From assembly GCA_037441385.1 (NCBI GenBank), contig JBBISH010000024.1:1-61299 (forward strand): DNA of 61,299 nt. The letters run 5' to 3'. This DNA is from Myxococcales bacterium (GTDB lineage Bacteria; Myxococcota_A; UBA9042). This document shows, piece after piece, positions 42,037-50,805 of this stretch (within the stretch, counting starts at the first letter, position 1; every line of letters begins with the position of its first letter). The position numbers and the translations under genes are program-made. The notes under the pieces are model-generated. The model was not told the DNA's origin. It saw only the letters and a program-made list of their open reading frames with translations, and searched no databases.

Positions 42037-42111
42037 CGCGCCCGGCAGGATTCGAACCTGCGACCTGCGGATTCGAAGTCCGATGCTCTATCCGGGCTGA
42101 GCTACAGGCGC
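42037..42111 (-). tRNA. tRNA-Arg(TCG)
   Basis: GCGCCTGTAGCTCAGCCCGGATAGAGC; anticodon loop CTTCGAA; GGTTCGAATCC. Confidence 0.95.
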
Positions 42112-42235
42112 TAGGGTGCCCGCTTCCGGTTGGAAAGGGCTTGCCGCTTGAACTTCCCGATTCCGCACAGGATTCGGGGCAGGGGTCCGAGCACAGGATT
42201 CCGAGTGGGGCGTACCGCGATCGGACTCCTTGCGG

Positions 42236-42309
42236 GGTGGATGGTGGGTTTCGAACCCACGACATCGGGAACCACAATCCCGCGCTCTACCAGCTGAGCT
42301 ACATCCACC
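42236..42309 (-). tRNA. tRNA-His(GTG)
   Basis: G-1 then GTGGATGTAGCTCAG; anticodon loop TTGTGGT; C73 discriminator. Confidence 0.95.
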
Positions 42310-42323
42310 GCTGGCGGGGCGGC

Positions 42324-42351
42324 ATGTTACGCAACCGCACGGCAACGTCAA
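42324..42351 (-). promoter_or_regulatory. Sigma70-like promoter TTGACG-N16-TAACAT with GC-rich discriminator
   Basis: Directly upstream of tRNA-His on the minus strand. Confidence 0.6.
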
Positions 42352-42450
42352 GGGCCGGGTCAAAAAAAGTTGACCTCAACAAGGGGCGCGCGAGCAGATT
42401 GCCCTTGCGGCGGTCCGCTGAAAACGTAGTTTGCAAAGGCGGCGGTGGGG

Positions 42451-42480
42451 CGGGAATGAATCTGCACCAGCCGGCGTTGT
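42451..42480 (+). promoter_or_regulatory. Autoregulatory ECF promoter GGAAT-N18-GTT
   Basis: Matches the Streptomyces SigR/mycobacterial SigH consensus, 52 bp upstream of a SigR-like sigma gene. Confidence 0.65.
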
Positions 42481-42532
42481 GTACCCAGCGGGCCGACTCA
42501 GGTCCCGCTCGCAACCGCAAGAGGACACCCCG

Positions 42533-43186
42533 ATGCTCGGATTGTTTTCGTCGCAAAAGCGCCAACGCGAGGCCTTCGAACGCGAAGCGCTGCCGCACCT
42601 GGATGCCCTGCACAGCTACGCCCTGCACCTGAGTCGCGACCCGGCCGACGCCGAGGACCTGGTGCAAGAGACCTACATCAAGGCCTTGGCCAATTTCGCC
42701 TCGTACCAGCAGGGCACCAACTGCCGCGCCTGGTTGTTCCGAATTTTGACGAATACTTACTTCAACCTGCGCCGCAGCCGCCGCCGCCAGAACCCGGTGG
42801 ACTTTGACAACAGCCCCGACGTAGAGCTGCAGGCCGCCGAAAACGCCCAAGATCAGGGTATCTATCGGCCAATCGACGCCCAGCTGCTGGACGGCGTGGT
42901 GTCGGCGCACTTGACCGAGGCGCTGGACTCGCTGCCGGCCGAATTCCGCACCGTCTTGCTCTTGGCCGACCTGCAGGACTTTTCTTACAAGGAAATCGCG
43001 GATGTGCTGGACTGCCCCGTCGGCACGGTGATGAGCCGGCTGTATCGGGCCCGCAAGGCGATGCAGAAAAAGCTGCTGCAGCATGCGATCACCGAGGGCA
43101 TCGTGGCCAAAGCGCCGGTCGACGACGAGGGCGTGGTCGATCTGGACGCGTTCCGCCTGCGGGCCAAGCGCGCCTCGGTTGGGTAA
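42533..43186 (+). CDS. ECF sigma factor, SigR/SigH-like
   Basis: [42 protein letters not shown]....P.GTVMSRL.R.R. Confidence 0.93.
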   Translation: MLGLFSSQKRQREAFEREALPHLDALHSYALHLSRDPADAEDLVQETYIKALANFASYQQGTNCRAWLFRILTNTYFNLRRSRRRQNPVDFDNSPDVELQAAENAQDQGIYRPIDAQLLDGVVSAHLTEALDSLPAEFRTVLLLADLQDFSYKEIADVLDCPVGTVMSRLYRARKAMQKKLLQHAITEGIVAKAPVDDEGVVDLDAFRLRAKRASVG

Positions 43187-43228
43187 CTCGGCGAACGAAT
43201 ACTTGAAATTGCGACAGAAGGCTTGCTC

Positions 43229-44365
43229 ATGAACTGTCAGGATATTCAAAAGTTCGCCTTTACCTACCTCGATGCCGAGTTCGACGGCCGCGAGCGAGGC
43301 GAATTCGAAGAGCATCTGCAGCATTGCACGTGCTGCCGGCAGCTGGTGGCCCGCGACGCGATGATGCGCGATCTGGTGGTGCGGCACCTGCAGCACGCGA
43401 CCACGCCCGGTCATCCGCAAGCGTCGGCGCGGTGTTCCAGTGCCGAGCTGCGTGGCCGAGTCTGCGCCAGCCTGGATCAGATCGAGCGGCGGCGGGTGCA
43501 GCGCACCGTGGGCGCGACCCTGTTCTTGGCGGCGGCGGTGACGGTGGTGGTGGTGGGTCAGGCCCTGCCCGGTGATCACCGTGGCGAACGGCAGGCCGAT
43601 CTGGCCGGGCTGGTGCCGGCGCTGCCGGCGACGCTGCCGCCCCAGGCTCCCCAGCCCGTGGCCCAGGCTGCGGTGGTGCCGCAGCGGCTGGCTGGCGCGG
43701 CGGCGCATACCCAGCAAGCTCCTGTGATTCCTGCACAATTGGCGAATCAAGGTCTGAGTCGCCCGGACAATCTTCAAGGTCAGGCCAGCATCCAGAAGGT
43801 GTCGGCGCGGCTGGACAGCGGTGCGGCCGGCGATGCCGGCGAGGTGCTGCGCGGTCGCCTGGGCGCCGGGGCGATGGTCGAGCGCAGCCCGTTTGGCGCG
43901 GTGCGGTCCGAAGACAGCCTGCGGCAGATGCTGCAGGTGCATCAGGCCGATCCGCCGCCCGAAGTGACCGGGACGCCCGCCAAGATCCAACGCTACCTGC
44001 AGATGCGTCTGCCGGGCGTGGGTCCGCTGCCGCTGGCCGAGGGCGCGGGCGTGGATCTGCGCGGCGCCCGCATCGCGGTGCTGAGCGGCCAAGTGGTTGT
44101 GATCTATAGCTATAGCGCCTACGGCAATCCGCTGACCGTGATCAGCCGGGCGTTGGCCCGCGGCGATGACCCGGATGTGGAGGCGCTGGGTCCCGACGGC
44201 CACGCCACCTCGGGCGTGATGCTCGATCGGCGCGCTGGGCTGCACCTGCTGCACGTGGTGGAGCAGAACCGCATGCTGACCCTGGTGGGCGAGCTGGGTG
44301 CGCCGGCGATGCTGCACCTGCTGCCGTCGGGGACGCTGCTGGACGCTGGCGCGCAAGAGCACTGA
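43229..44365 (+). CDS. ZAS (zf-HC2) anti-sigma factor with a TM helix and C-terminal domain
   Basis: C..YLD.E..HLQHCTCC (HxxxCxxC); hydrophobic segment TLFLAAAVTVVVVG; follows the ECF gene. Confidence 0.82.
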   Translation: MNCQDIQKFAFTYLDAEFDGRERGEFEEHLQHCTCCRQLVARDAMMRDLVVRHLQHATTPGHPQASARCSSAELRGRVCASLDQIERRRVQRTVGATLFLAAAVTVVVVGQALPGDHRGERQADLAGLVPALPATLPPQAPQPVAQAAVVPQRLAGAAAHTQQAPVIPAQLANQGLSRPDNLQGQASIQKVSARLDSGAAGDAGEVLRGRLGAGAMVERSPFGAVRSEDSLRQMLQVHQADPPPEVTGTPAKIQRYLQMRLPGVGPLPLAEGAGVDLRGARIAVLSGQVVVIYSYSAYGNPLTVISRALARGDDPDVEALGPDGHATSGVMLDRRAGLHLLHVVEQNRMLTLVGELGAPAMLHLLPSGTLLDAGAQEH

Positions 44366-44466
44366 TCTACGCAAGATTCTAGGCAGGCGCCCTGCCCTGC
44401 GTTGCGCGTGCCGGTGCCGTCATGCACAATCCCCGGCCCGCCGCAGCGGCGGTTGACGAGGGCGCG

Positions 44467-45267
44467 ATGCTGCACTTCACCATGGACGGGTTCGGCGGCC
44501 ACCGGTCGCGGTTTGACGACATTCGCCTGATCCACGAGCTGCTGGAAGAGCTGCCGGCGCGCCTGGGCCTGACCCCCGCGATGCCGCCGATGCTGCTGCC
44601 CTACTACAACGGCGTCGAGCCGGACGACTGCGGCATCTCGGCGTTTTTGTTCTTGCCGGGCGGGCACTTGACCCTGCACACCTTCTCGTTCCGCGAGTGC
44701 TACTTTGTCGATCTGGTGGCGCCGCGCGCCTTTGACGTGCACGAAGCGCAGGCCTACATCGCCAACGCCCTGCCCGTGCGCTCGATCGAGACCCACACGG
44801 CCCGCCGACCGCGGCCCTTTGACGACGTGCCGGTGCATCCCAACGAGGATTTTGGCCCGCACCTACTGCTGAACATCGAGGGCTATACCGGCCCCAGCAC
44901 GATGGACAGCCTGTTCCAGCTCTTCGACAACCTGCCGCCGCGCATCGACATGACCCCGATCATGCGCCCATATGTGCTGAGGTCCAAAGGCGAAAATGGC
45001 CAGTCCCTGCTGTCGGCCATGACGATGATCGCCGAGTCGCACATCGCGCTGCACATCGAAGAGGGCACCGGACGCGCCTATTTCGACATCTTCTCGTGCA
45101 AGTTCTTTGACACCGACGCGGTGCTGGGCCAGTTGAAGGCCGCCTTCCCGGGCGAAAAGCATACGGTGCAACTGATCTCGCGCGGTTGTGGCTACACGAT
45201 CAAGCGCACCCAGCGCGAACCCGAGCACGCCCGCACCAAGGCCTGGCTGACCGCCCGGCCCAAATAG
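44467..45267 (+). CDS. Tandem two-domain S-adenosylmethionine decarboxylase-fold protein
   Basis: Domain 2: FGPHL..IAESHIALH..FDIFSCK.FD (intact). Domain 1: H..DG..GISAF.FLPGGHLTLHTF..FVDL (ES replaced by GG). Alternative start 44422. Confidence 0.82.
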   Translation: MLHFTMDGFGGHRSRFDDIRLIHELLEELPARLGLTPAMPPMLLPYYNGVEPDDCGISAFLFLPGGHLTLHTFSFRECYFVDLVAPRAFDVHEAQAYIANALPVRSIETHTARRPRPFDDVPVHPNEDFGPHLLLNIEGYTGPSTMDSLFQLFDNLPPRIDMTPIMRPYVLRSKGENGQSLLSAMTMIAESHIALHIEEGTGRAYFDIFSCKFFDTDAVLGQLKAAFPGEKHTVQLISRGCGYTIKRTQREPEHARTKAWLTARPK

Positions 45268-45276
45268 GCTCACGTC

Positions 45277-46050
45277 ATGCGAAAACTGCTGTTGGTCCTG
45301 GTGTTTGCCCTGGCTGCGCCGACACTGGCCCACGCCGACGACCCGGCGGCCCGCAAGATCCTGCAGGCGGTGATCGACAAGAATTCCGCAGGCTTCCAGA
45401 CCGGACAAAGCAAGACCACCCTGACCACCCAGTTCGCCAGCGGCAATGCCCGCACGCTGGAGACGCTGGCGCGGGTCATCCGCAACCCGGCCGGGCTGCT
45501 GCGCACCCGCGTGACGTTCTTGGGCCCAGCGGACTTTGTGGGCACCGAGCTTCTGATCGTCGATCAAAGCGGCGGGCAGGCGGCGCAGCACCTGTGGCTG
45601 CCCAAGACCAAGCGGCTGCGGCGCATCAGCGGCACGGCGCTGAACGAGCCCTTCATGGGCAGCGACTTTTCTTTTGGCGATCTGCAGGGTCACGGCCTGC
45701 AGGGCGGCGACGCCAAGAAGCTGGGCGACGAAGCAGTGGCCGGCGTGGCGTGCGCCAAGATTGAAGTGACGATCAAGGACGACAGCGATCCCTACGGGCG
45801 GGTGCTGCTGTGGATCGACGAGAAGCTGGCGGTGCCACGGCGCGTGCAGTATTTCGACAAGGCGGGCACGCTGCAAAAGACCTTGGAAGTCGAGAAGGTG
45901 CGGGCCCTGGATGGCGGTCGCGCGGTGCTGGAGAAGTTCAGCATGACCGGGCATGTGCGCAAGTCGGTGACCCGCGTCGAGACCCGCGACATCGACACCA
46001 AGGCGACCCTACCCGAGAGCCTGTTCGTCCCTGAAGCGCTTGGGAAATAG
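45277..46050 (+). CDS. Outer-membrane lipoprotein-sorting (LolA-like) protein
   Basis: Signal peptide ending AHA; F..P.D..GT..L, LWLP..KR.RRIS, FMGSDFSFGD, YFDK.G.L.K. Confidence 0.85.
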   Translation: MRKLLLVLVFALAAPTLAHADDPAARKILQAVIDKNSAGFQTGQSKTTLTTQFASGNARTLETLARVIRNPAGLLRTRVTFLGPADFVGTELLIVDQSGGQAAQHLWLPKTKRLRRISGTALNEPFMGSDFSFGDLQGHGLQGGDAKKLGDEAVAGVACAKIEVTIKDDSDPYGRVLLWIDEKLAVPRRVQYFDKAGTLQKTLEVEKVRALDGGRAVLEKFSMTGHVRKSVTRVETRDIDTKATLPESLFVPEALGK

Positions 46051-46056
46051 CCAGGG

Positions 46057-46965
46057 TTAGCCCACGGCGTCGCGGCGTTTGACGATCGCGCTGGCGATCC
46101 CCGCCGCGCCCAAGCCGACGGCCAGCGGCCACAGCAATCCCGCCAAATACGTCCACAGCGGCCCCAGCTGGTTGGCGAGCCAGAAGCCGACCGGACCCAG
46201 CAGCGCCAGCTCGGGGTCTACGGCCGAGAGAACCGCCAGCCGCGCCGCCTCGACGGGATTCAGCGCCGCCAGCCCGAACACCAGCGGCGTGGGCACGCGC
46301 CACTGCAGCAGCAGCCCGATCAAGGCAAAATCGTGGAGCGTGGCGGTCGCCAGCCACACCAGCAGCGCCAAAACCACCGCCCGCTCGGGGGTCTTGCTCA
46401 CCGCCGACACCAGCGTGCCCAGGCCCACAAAGGCAGCCAGCAGCGACGCCGCGACGGCGAGGGCGTGCAGGGTCATGGGCAGCAGGGTGGGATCGCTTTG
46501 CTGCAGCAAGGGTTCCAAAAGCAACATCGCGGCCAAGAGCAGCGCCAGCGGCGCCAGCAACGTCAGCGACCGTGCCGCCAGCAACGCCGCGAACCACTCG
46601 CCGCGCCGCACGGGCTGGGTCAAGAGCAGCTCCAGATGGCCCACGGTGCGCGAGCGGGTGATGGACTGGCTCGTGGCCACCAGGGCGACCAGCGGCAGGA
46701 TCACCACGGTGGCATTGCAAATACCCAAAACCACACGCGAAAGGCCGGTAAAGCCCAGGACGCTCGACTCGCGCAGGCCCAGCCACACAAAGGCCCCCAG
46801 GCCCGCGGCATAGGCCACCGCCGCCAACAGCAGCCAGCGCGAGCGCAGCGACTCAGCAAGCTCCAGGCGAAACAGGGCAAGGGTCCGGCCCAGCGTCCCC
46901 AGCGGGCGGCGCGGTTTCTCGGCAAGGCTGGCGACGGGAATCGGCATGGCGTCCACGTTTTCCAT
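46057..46965 (-). CDS. nosY: ABC permease for N2O reductase maturation
   Basis: RSRW, LELLLTQPV.R, LNPVE..R; last gene of the nos operon; RBS GAGG upstream. Confidence 0.85.
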   Translation of the reverse strand: MENVDAMPIPVASLAEKPRRPLGTLGRTLALFRLELAESLRSRWLLLAAVAYAAGLGAFVWLGLRESSVLGFTGLSRVVLGICNATVVILPLVALVATSQSITRSRTVGHLELLLTQPVRRGEWFAALLAARSLTLLAPLALLLAAMLLLEPLLQQSDPTLLPMTLHALAVAASLLAAFVGLGTLVSAVSKTPERAVVLALLVWLATATLHDFALIGLLLQWRVPTPLVFGLAALNPVEAARLAVLSAVDPELALLGPVGFWLANQLGPLWTYLAGLLWPLAVGLGAAGIASAIVKRRDAVG

Positions 46966-46981
46966 GATGTCCTCGCGGCGA

Positions 46982-47401
46982 TCAGCGGCCAAGCGCCGGC
47001 GCCTTCAAGCGTTGTTGAACAGCCACTTGCACGGCAGGCCACGCCACGCTGCCCGCCGGATCGGCGACAAAACCAAAGTCCATCGGCGTGGTTTGGCCGC
47101 TGGTGTAGCGGGCCGCGCTGACCTCGCGCCACCCGTTGCCCTGGCGCGCCCAGGCCACGGCGCCAGGCTGGGCGGGATGCTCGGCCTGCCACGCCACCAG
47201 ACAACCCAAGTCGTCAAAAAACCAGACGTCGCCCTGGCTGTCGGCGTACTGGGCCGCACTCTCGGGCCGCGACACCAACATGGCGCAGTGCGCGCAGGCT
47301 TGCTTGCCCCATACCGGCTCTTGCGGCTCCAGCGGCCCTTCGCGACAGGCCAGCGCCAGCAGGGCGGCGACCAAAAACAGCAGTAGACGCGCCGAGTTCA
47401 T
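46982..47401 (-). CDS. nosL: Copper chaperone lipoprotein
   Basis: Lipobox LALAC, CAHCAM, FFDDLGC, TPM..G. Confidence 0.85.
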   Translation of the reverse strand: MNSARLLLFLVAALLALACREGPLEPQEPVWGKQACAHCAMLVSRPESAAQYADSQGDVWFFDDLGCLVAWQAEHPAQPGAVAWARQGNGWREVSAARYTSGQTTPMDFGFVADPAGSVAWPAVQVAVQQRLKAPALGR

Positions 47402-48120
47402 GCGTGCACCTCGGCGCCGGTTTGGCTGATCGACGGGCGCGTCCACAGTGCTGAGCCGGCGGCCGCCAGCACCTCGTCGGCGGGTCCGTCGCGCAGGACC
47501 ACGCCTTCGCTCAGTTCGACCACCCGATCGACCAATTGGGCCACCTCGTCGCGGCGATGCGAGCACAGCACCAGCGCCGAGCCGGCGGGCCGCTGCCGCA
47601 CCAGCTCGAAGAACGTATCGCGCGCAGCAGCATCCAGATTGGCGGTCGGCTCGTCGCACACCAGCAGCGGCGCCTGCGACGCCAGCGCCACCGCCGCCAG
47701 GATCTTTTGCTTGGTGCCGCCCGAAAGGTCGCGCAGCGCCTTGCCTTTGACCTGCTCCCAGTCCACGCCCAGCTGGCGGGCGATCGCGCTGGCGCGCTCG
47801 GGGGTCACACCCCGCAAGCTTAGGATGGTCTTGGTCAATTCGGCGACCGGCACATCCAGCGGCGGCGCAACCTGCGGCATGTACGCCACCTGGCGCAACG
47901 CGAGCTCGGGCGACCTGGCCACGTCGATGCCAGCCAGCAGCACCCGCCCCTGCACCCGCACCAGGCCGACCAGCGCACGCAGCAAGGTACTCTTGCCCGA
48001 GCCGTTGGCACCGACAAATGCGACGCGCTCGCCCGCGCCGATCTGCAGCGACACCTGGTTCAGGGCTTGGACCGCGCCGTAGCGCTTGGAAACAGATTGA
48101 ATGTCGACGAGTTGAGCCAT
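47398..48120 (-). CDS. nosF: ABC ATPase for N2O reductase maturation
   Basis: GANGSGKST, LSGGTKQK, DEPTANLD; follows nosD. Confidence 0.88.
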   Translation of the reverse strand: MAQLVDIQSVSKRYGAVQALNQVSLQIGAGERVAFVGANGSGKSTLLRALVGLVRVQGRVLLAGIDVARSPELALRQVAYMPQVAPPLDVPVAELTKTILSLRGVTPERASAIARQLGVDWEQVKGKALRDLSGGTKQKILAAVALASQAPLLVCDEPTANLDAAARDTFFELVRQRPAGSALVLCSHRRDEVAQLVDRVVELSEGVVLRDGPADEVLAAAGSALWTRPSISQTGAEVHA

Positions 48121-48123
48121 ATT

Positions 48124-49482
48124 CTACCCCCGCAGCTCGGCCAGGCGGTGCTGCGGCTGCATCGCCGGCTTGGCGTCGCGGAGCAGCAGCTTGGTGGCAA
48201 GCACCGGCACCGCCCGCGCCAGGGTGTCGATGACCGCCAGCGCCGCCGTGCCGCGAAAGAATTTGAGGACCGGACGCTCTTCGGTCAGGGACGACGACAG
48301 GTGCTTCTGCAAGTGATCGACATCGCCCCAGCCGTCGCCGTCCAGGTCGTATCCCGCGTAATCGCTCCAGAAATTCCCTACAAACTCGGCAGTGGTCGCA
48401 TCGCCGCCGCCGTCGACCTCCACGGCCTCTGGATTGCTGACAAAGTCGTTGCCCTGCAGCTTGACCCCGTGCGGCTGGGCGTGCCAGCGCAGCGCGATGT
48501 CGTTGATCGCCACCACGTTATCGCGCATCAGCACCGGGTGATCGGGCGAGCGCGGCGTGGTGTCGAAGTACGCGCCCACGGTGTTGCGCACCAGGTAGTT
48601 GCCCTGGACCTGGATGTCGTCGCTGTCCTTGAAGCCCAGGCCCACGCCGGCCGGACCGCGGGCGCCGGCCAGCACCGAGCCGGAAATGTGCAAGTTGGCG
48701 CTGTACATGACAAAGATGCCCACGGTGTTGTCGACCAAGGCCGAGTCGCGCAGGTCGCAGTCGTGGGCGTACATGAAGTGGCAGCCGTAGCGGCTGCGGA
48801 CGACCACGTTATGACGCAAATGGACGCGGTTGCTGTACCACACCACCAGATCGCGCACGTCTTCGACGCGGTTGCCGATGACCTTGCCGTCGTCGGCGCT
48901 CCACAGCTTGATGCCGTCGCCGCGCAACTCGGCGTCGCCGGCCCGGCCGGTGATGGAATTGCCCTCGACCGTGCAGCTTTTGCAGCCCGCCACCACGGCG
49001 CCGAACAGCACGTGGCGCAGCTCGGTGTGGCGCAGGCTGTGGCCGCTGCCGCGCAGCTTGCAGGCCGAGTCTTCTTGGGTGTGGCGCGAGCCGGTGCCGG
49101 TGATTACCAGATTTTCAATGGCAATTCCGGTGCCCTCGGCGTCGATCACGGTGCCAGTGCCGCTGCCCTGCAGCACCGTGGCCGGGCCGGCGCCAAGGAT
49201 CTTCACTGAGCGACGGATCTGCCAGTCGCCGCGCCAGGTTCGCGGCCCCAGCCACAGCACCGCCGGACCGTGCGGGTCGGCCAGCAACTGCCGCAAATCG
49301 GCTTCGTCGCGAGGCTCTGCGGCCCCATCTGGACGAGTCTGGGCGCGCGGCCCCACTTGCTGGGTGGCCTGCGGCAAGCCCTGGACTGGCCACAAAGCGC
49401 GCTCGACGTCGTGCGACGGCGGTTGCAGGGTACACGCCGTCAGGCCCAGCACGGCCCAGCTCAGCCAGGCGGCCCTGTTCAT
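48124..49482 (-). CDS. nosD: Periplasmic beta-helix maturation protein
   Basis: RGDGI.LW, RYG.HFMY, GIFVMYS, GNFWSDYAGYD.DGDG.GD; lipobox LTAC. Confidence 0.92.
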   Translation of the reverse strand: MNRAAWLSWAVLGLTACTLQPPSHDVERALWPVQGLPQATQQVGPRAQTRPDGAAEPRDEADLRQLLADPHGPAVLWLGPRTWRGDWQIRRSVKILGAGPATVLQGSGTGTVIDAEGTGIAIENLVITGTGSRHTQEDSACKLRGSGHSLRHTELRHVLFGAVVAGCKSCTVEGNSITGRAGDAELRGDGIKLWSADDGKVIGNRVEDVRDLVVWYSNRVHLRHNVVVRSRYGCHFMYAHDCDLRDSALVDNTVGIFVMYSANLHISGSVLAGARGPAGVGLGFKDSDDIQVQGNYLVRNTVGAYFDTTPRSPDHPVLMRDNVVAINDIALRWHAQPHGVKLQGNDFVSNPEAVEVDGGGDATTAEFVGNFWSDYAGYDLDGDGWGDVDHLQKHLSSSLTEERPVLKFFRGTAALAVIDTLARAVPVLATKLLLRDAKPAMQPQHRLAELRG

Positions 49483-50174
49483 GGCGCCCCCGGGCCAATC
49501 AGCTTGTGGGTGCAGGTGTTGCCGCACGATGCCAGCAACGGACAGGTCTTGCAGATGCGCCGCCGCCACAGCGTCGCCCACACCATCGCGCCCAGCGCCG
49601 CCAGCGCGACCCAGAATCCGACCAGCGGCATGGCGTAGGTAGTGAACTGACCGATCTTGCCCCAGCCGAAGAACTGTGGCGTAAAGGCTGGGATGTTCAG
49701 CGGTGCGTGCTTGTCCAGCGAATGGCCAAAGTGGTAGAGCCAGGCCATGCTGTCGCCCACAAAGCCCAGCGGCAGGCCCAAAGCCGGCAGCAGTACCAGC
49801 CAATTCCAGCGCTTGCCCACCACCAGCGTCAGGCCGACCGACAGGATCGCCACCAGGCCCACGCCCCACACGGCCAGTTGGCGTTCCAGGGTGGCGGCCT
49901 CTTCCAGACTCTTCATCCCGATGTAGTGATTGAGCATCGAGATTTCTTTGGCGTCGCCCCCCAGGCCGCGCAGCGAGATATCCAGCACCAGGCCGTTGGG
50001 ATACTGCGGGGCGAACAAGTAGAACTGCCACCACGGCAGGTACAGGCTCGCCACCCACAGGGCCACCGCGGCCACAGACAGGCCGGCCACGGCGTAGCGG
50101 TTCCAGCGCGACTTGCGCTTCGCGGGCAACGGCTGATGCCCGGATCGAATTGGAATACCGTTGAGATCACTCAT
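49479..50174 (-). CDS. nosB: Clade II nos membrane protein with a C-terminal Cys tail
   Basis: W....APQYP.GL, I..LNHYIGM, LY.FGH.LD..AP, P...G...GQF; about 4 TM helices; between nosZ/cytochrome c and nosD. Confidence 0.75.
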   Translation of the reverse strand: MSDLNGIPIRSGHQPLPAKRKSRWNRYAVAGLSVAAVALWVASLYLPWWQFYLFAPQYPNGLVLDISLRGLGGDAKEISMLNHYIGMKSLEEAATLERQLAVWGVGLVAILSVGLTLVVGKRWNWLVLLPALGLPLGFVGDSMAWLYHFGHSLDKHAPLNIPAFTPQFFGWGKIGQFTTYAMPLVGFWVALAALGAMVWATLWRRRICKTCPLLASCGNTCTHKLIGPGAP

Positions 50175-50249
50175 GTTAGCCTCGAAGCGGCCGACCAGAA
50201 AAGGGTCGGCGCGGAACAACGGGCCGGAGGGCAGACCGGTGCGTGGACG

Positions 50250-50687
50250 CTACTTGCCCTTGAGAAATGCCAGGATGTGCGGCAGCTCGGTGTCGGGATT
50301 GACCATCTGGTTGGCCATCGGCGTCATGTACGTGGCCAGCAGCTTCTTGGCGGCTTCGTCCTCTTTGACCATCACTTCGGGTTTCAAGATCATCCGCGCC
50401 ATCCAGGGCACACTGTGACGCTTGCTGACGCCGTCAAAGCCCGGGCCGACCAACTTGGTGCCGTCCAAGTTGTGGCAGGCCTTGCAGCCCTTGCTGGCGT
50501 AGAGTTCTTCGCCCTTTTTGGGATCGGCCGCCGCCACTTTGGCGTCCAGCCCGTCGGGCAAAACGATGCTGGCGGGACCATCGGCCGGGTTGCCAGCGGC
50601 ACCCGCAGCGCCGCCAGCGGCGTCATTCTTCGAGCAGGCATTGCCAAGCAGGGCGATCAGCATGCTCAAGGTCAGCAGGGTGCGCAT
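50250..50687 (-). CDS. Monoheme cytochrome c lipoprotein (NosC-like)
   Basis: Lipobox GNAC, CKACH, VGP, distal PM; RBS GGAGG. Confidence 0.9.
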   Translation of the reverse strand: MRTLLTLSMLIALLGNACSKNDAAGGAAGAAGNPADGPASIVLPDGLDAKVAAADPKKGEELYASKGCKACHNLDGTKLVGPGFDGVSKRHSVPWMARMILKPEVMVKEDEAAKKLLATYMTPMANQMVNPDTELPHILAFLKGK

Positions 50688-50805
50688 TCTATCCTCCATC
50701 GAACCATGTGTTTGGGCACCGCGTGGGTGCTTGTCGGTCGATCTTCCCTGGGGGTCCGCACCAAGCGCGGCCCAGACCCCCAGGGAACATCTGCTACTCC
50801 TGCCC

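Noticed and set aside
42165..42201. Direct repeat GCACAGGATTC x2 between tRNA-His and tRNA-Arg
   Set aside because: Only two 11-bp copies with no functional support.
41551..42309. tRNA-anchored integrative element
   Set aside because: No integrase and no duplicated tRNA 3' end found; the flanks are core genes.
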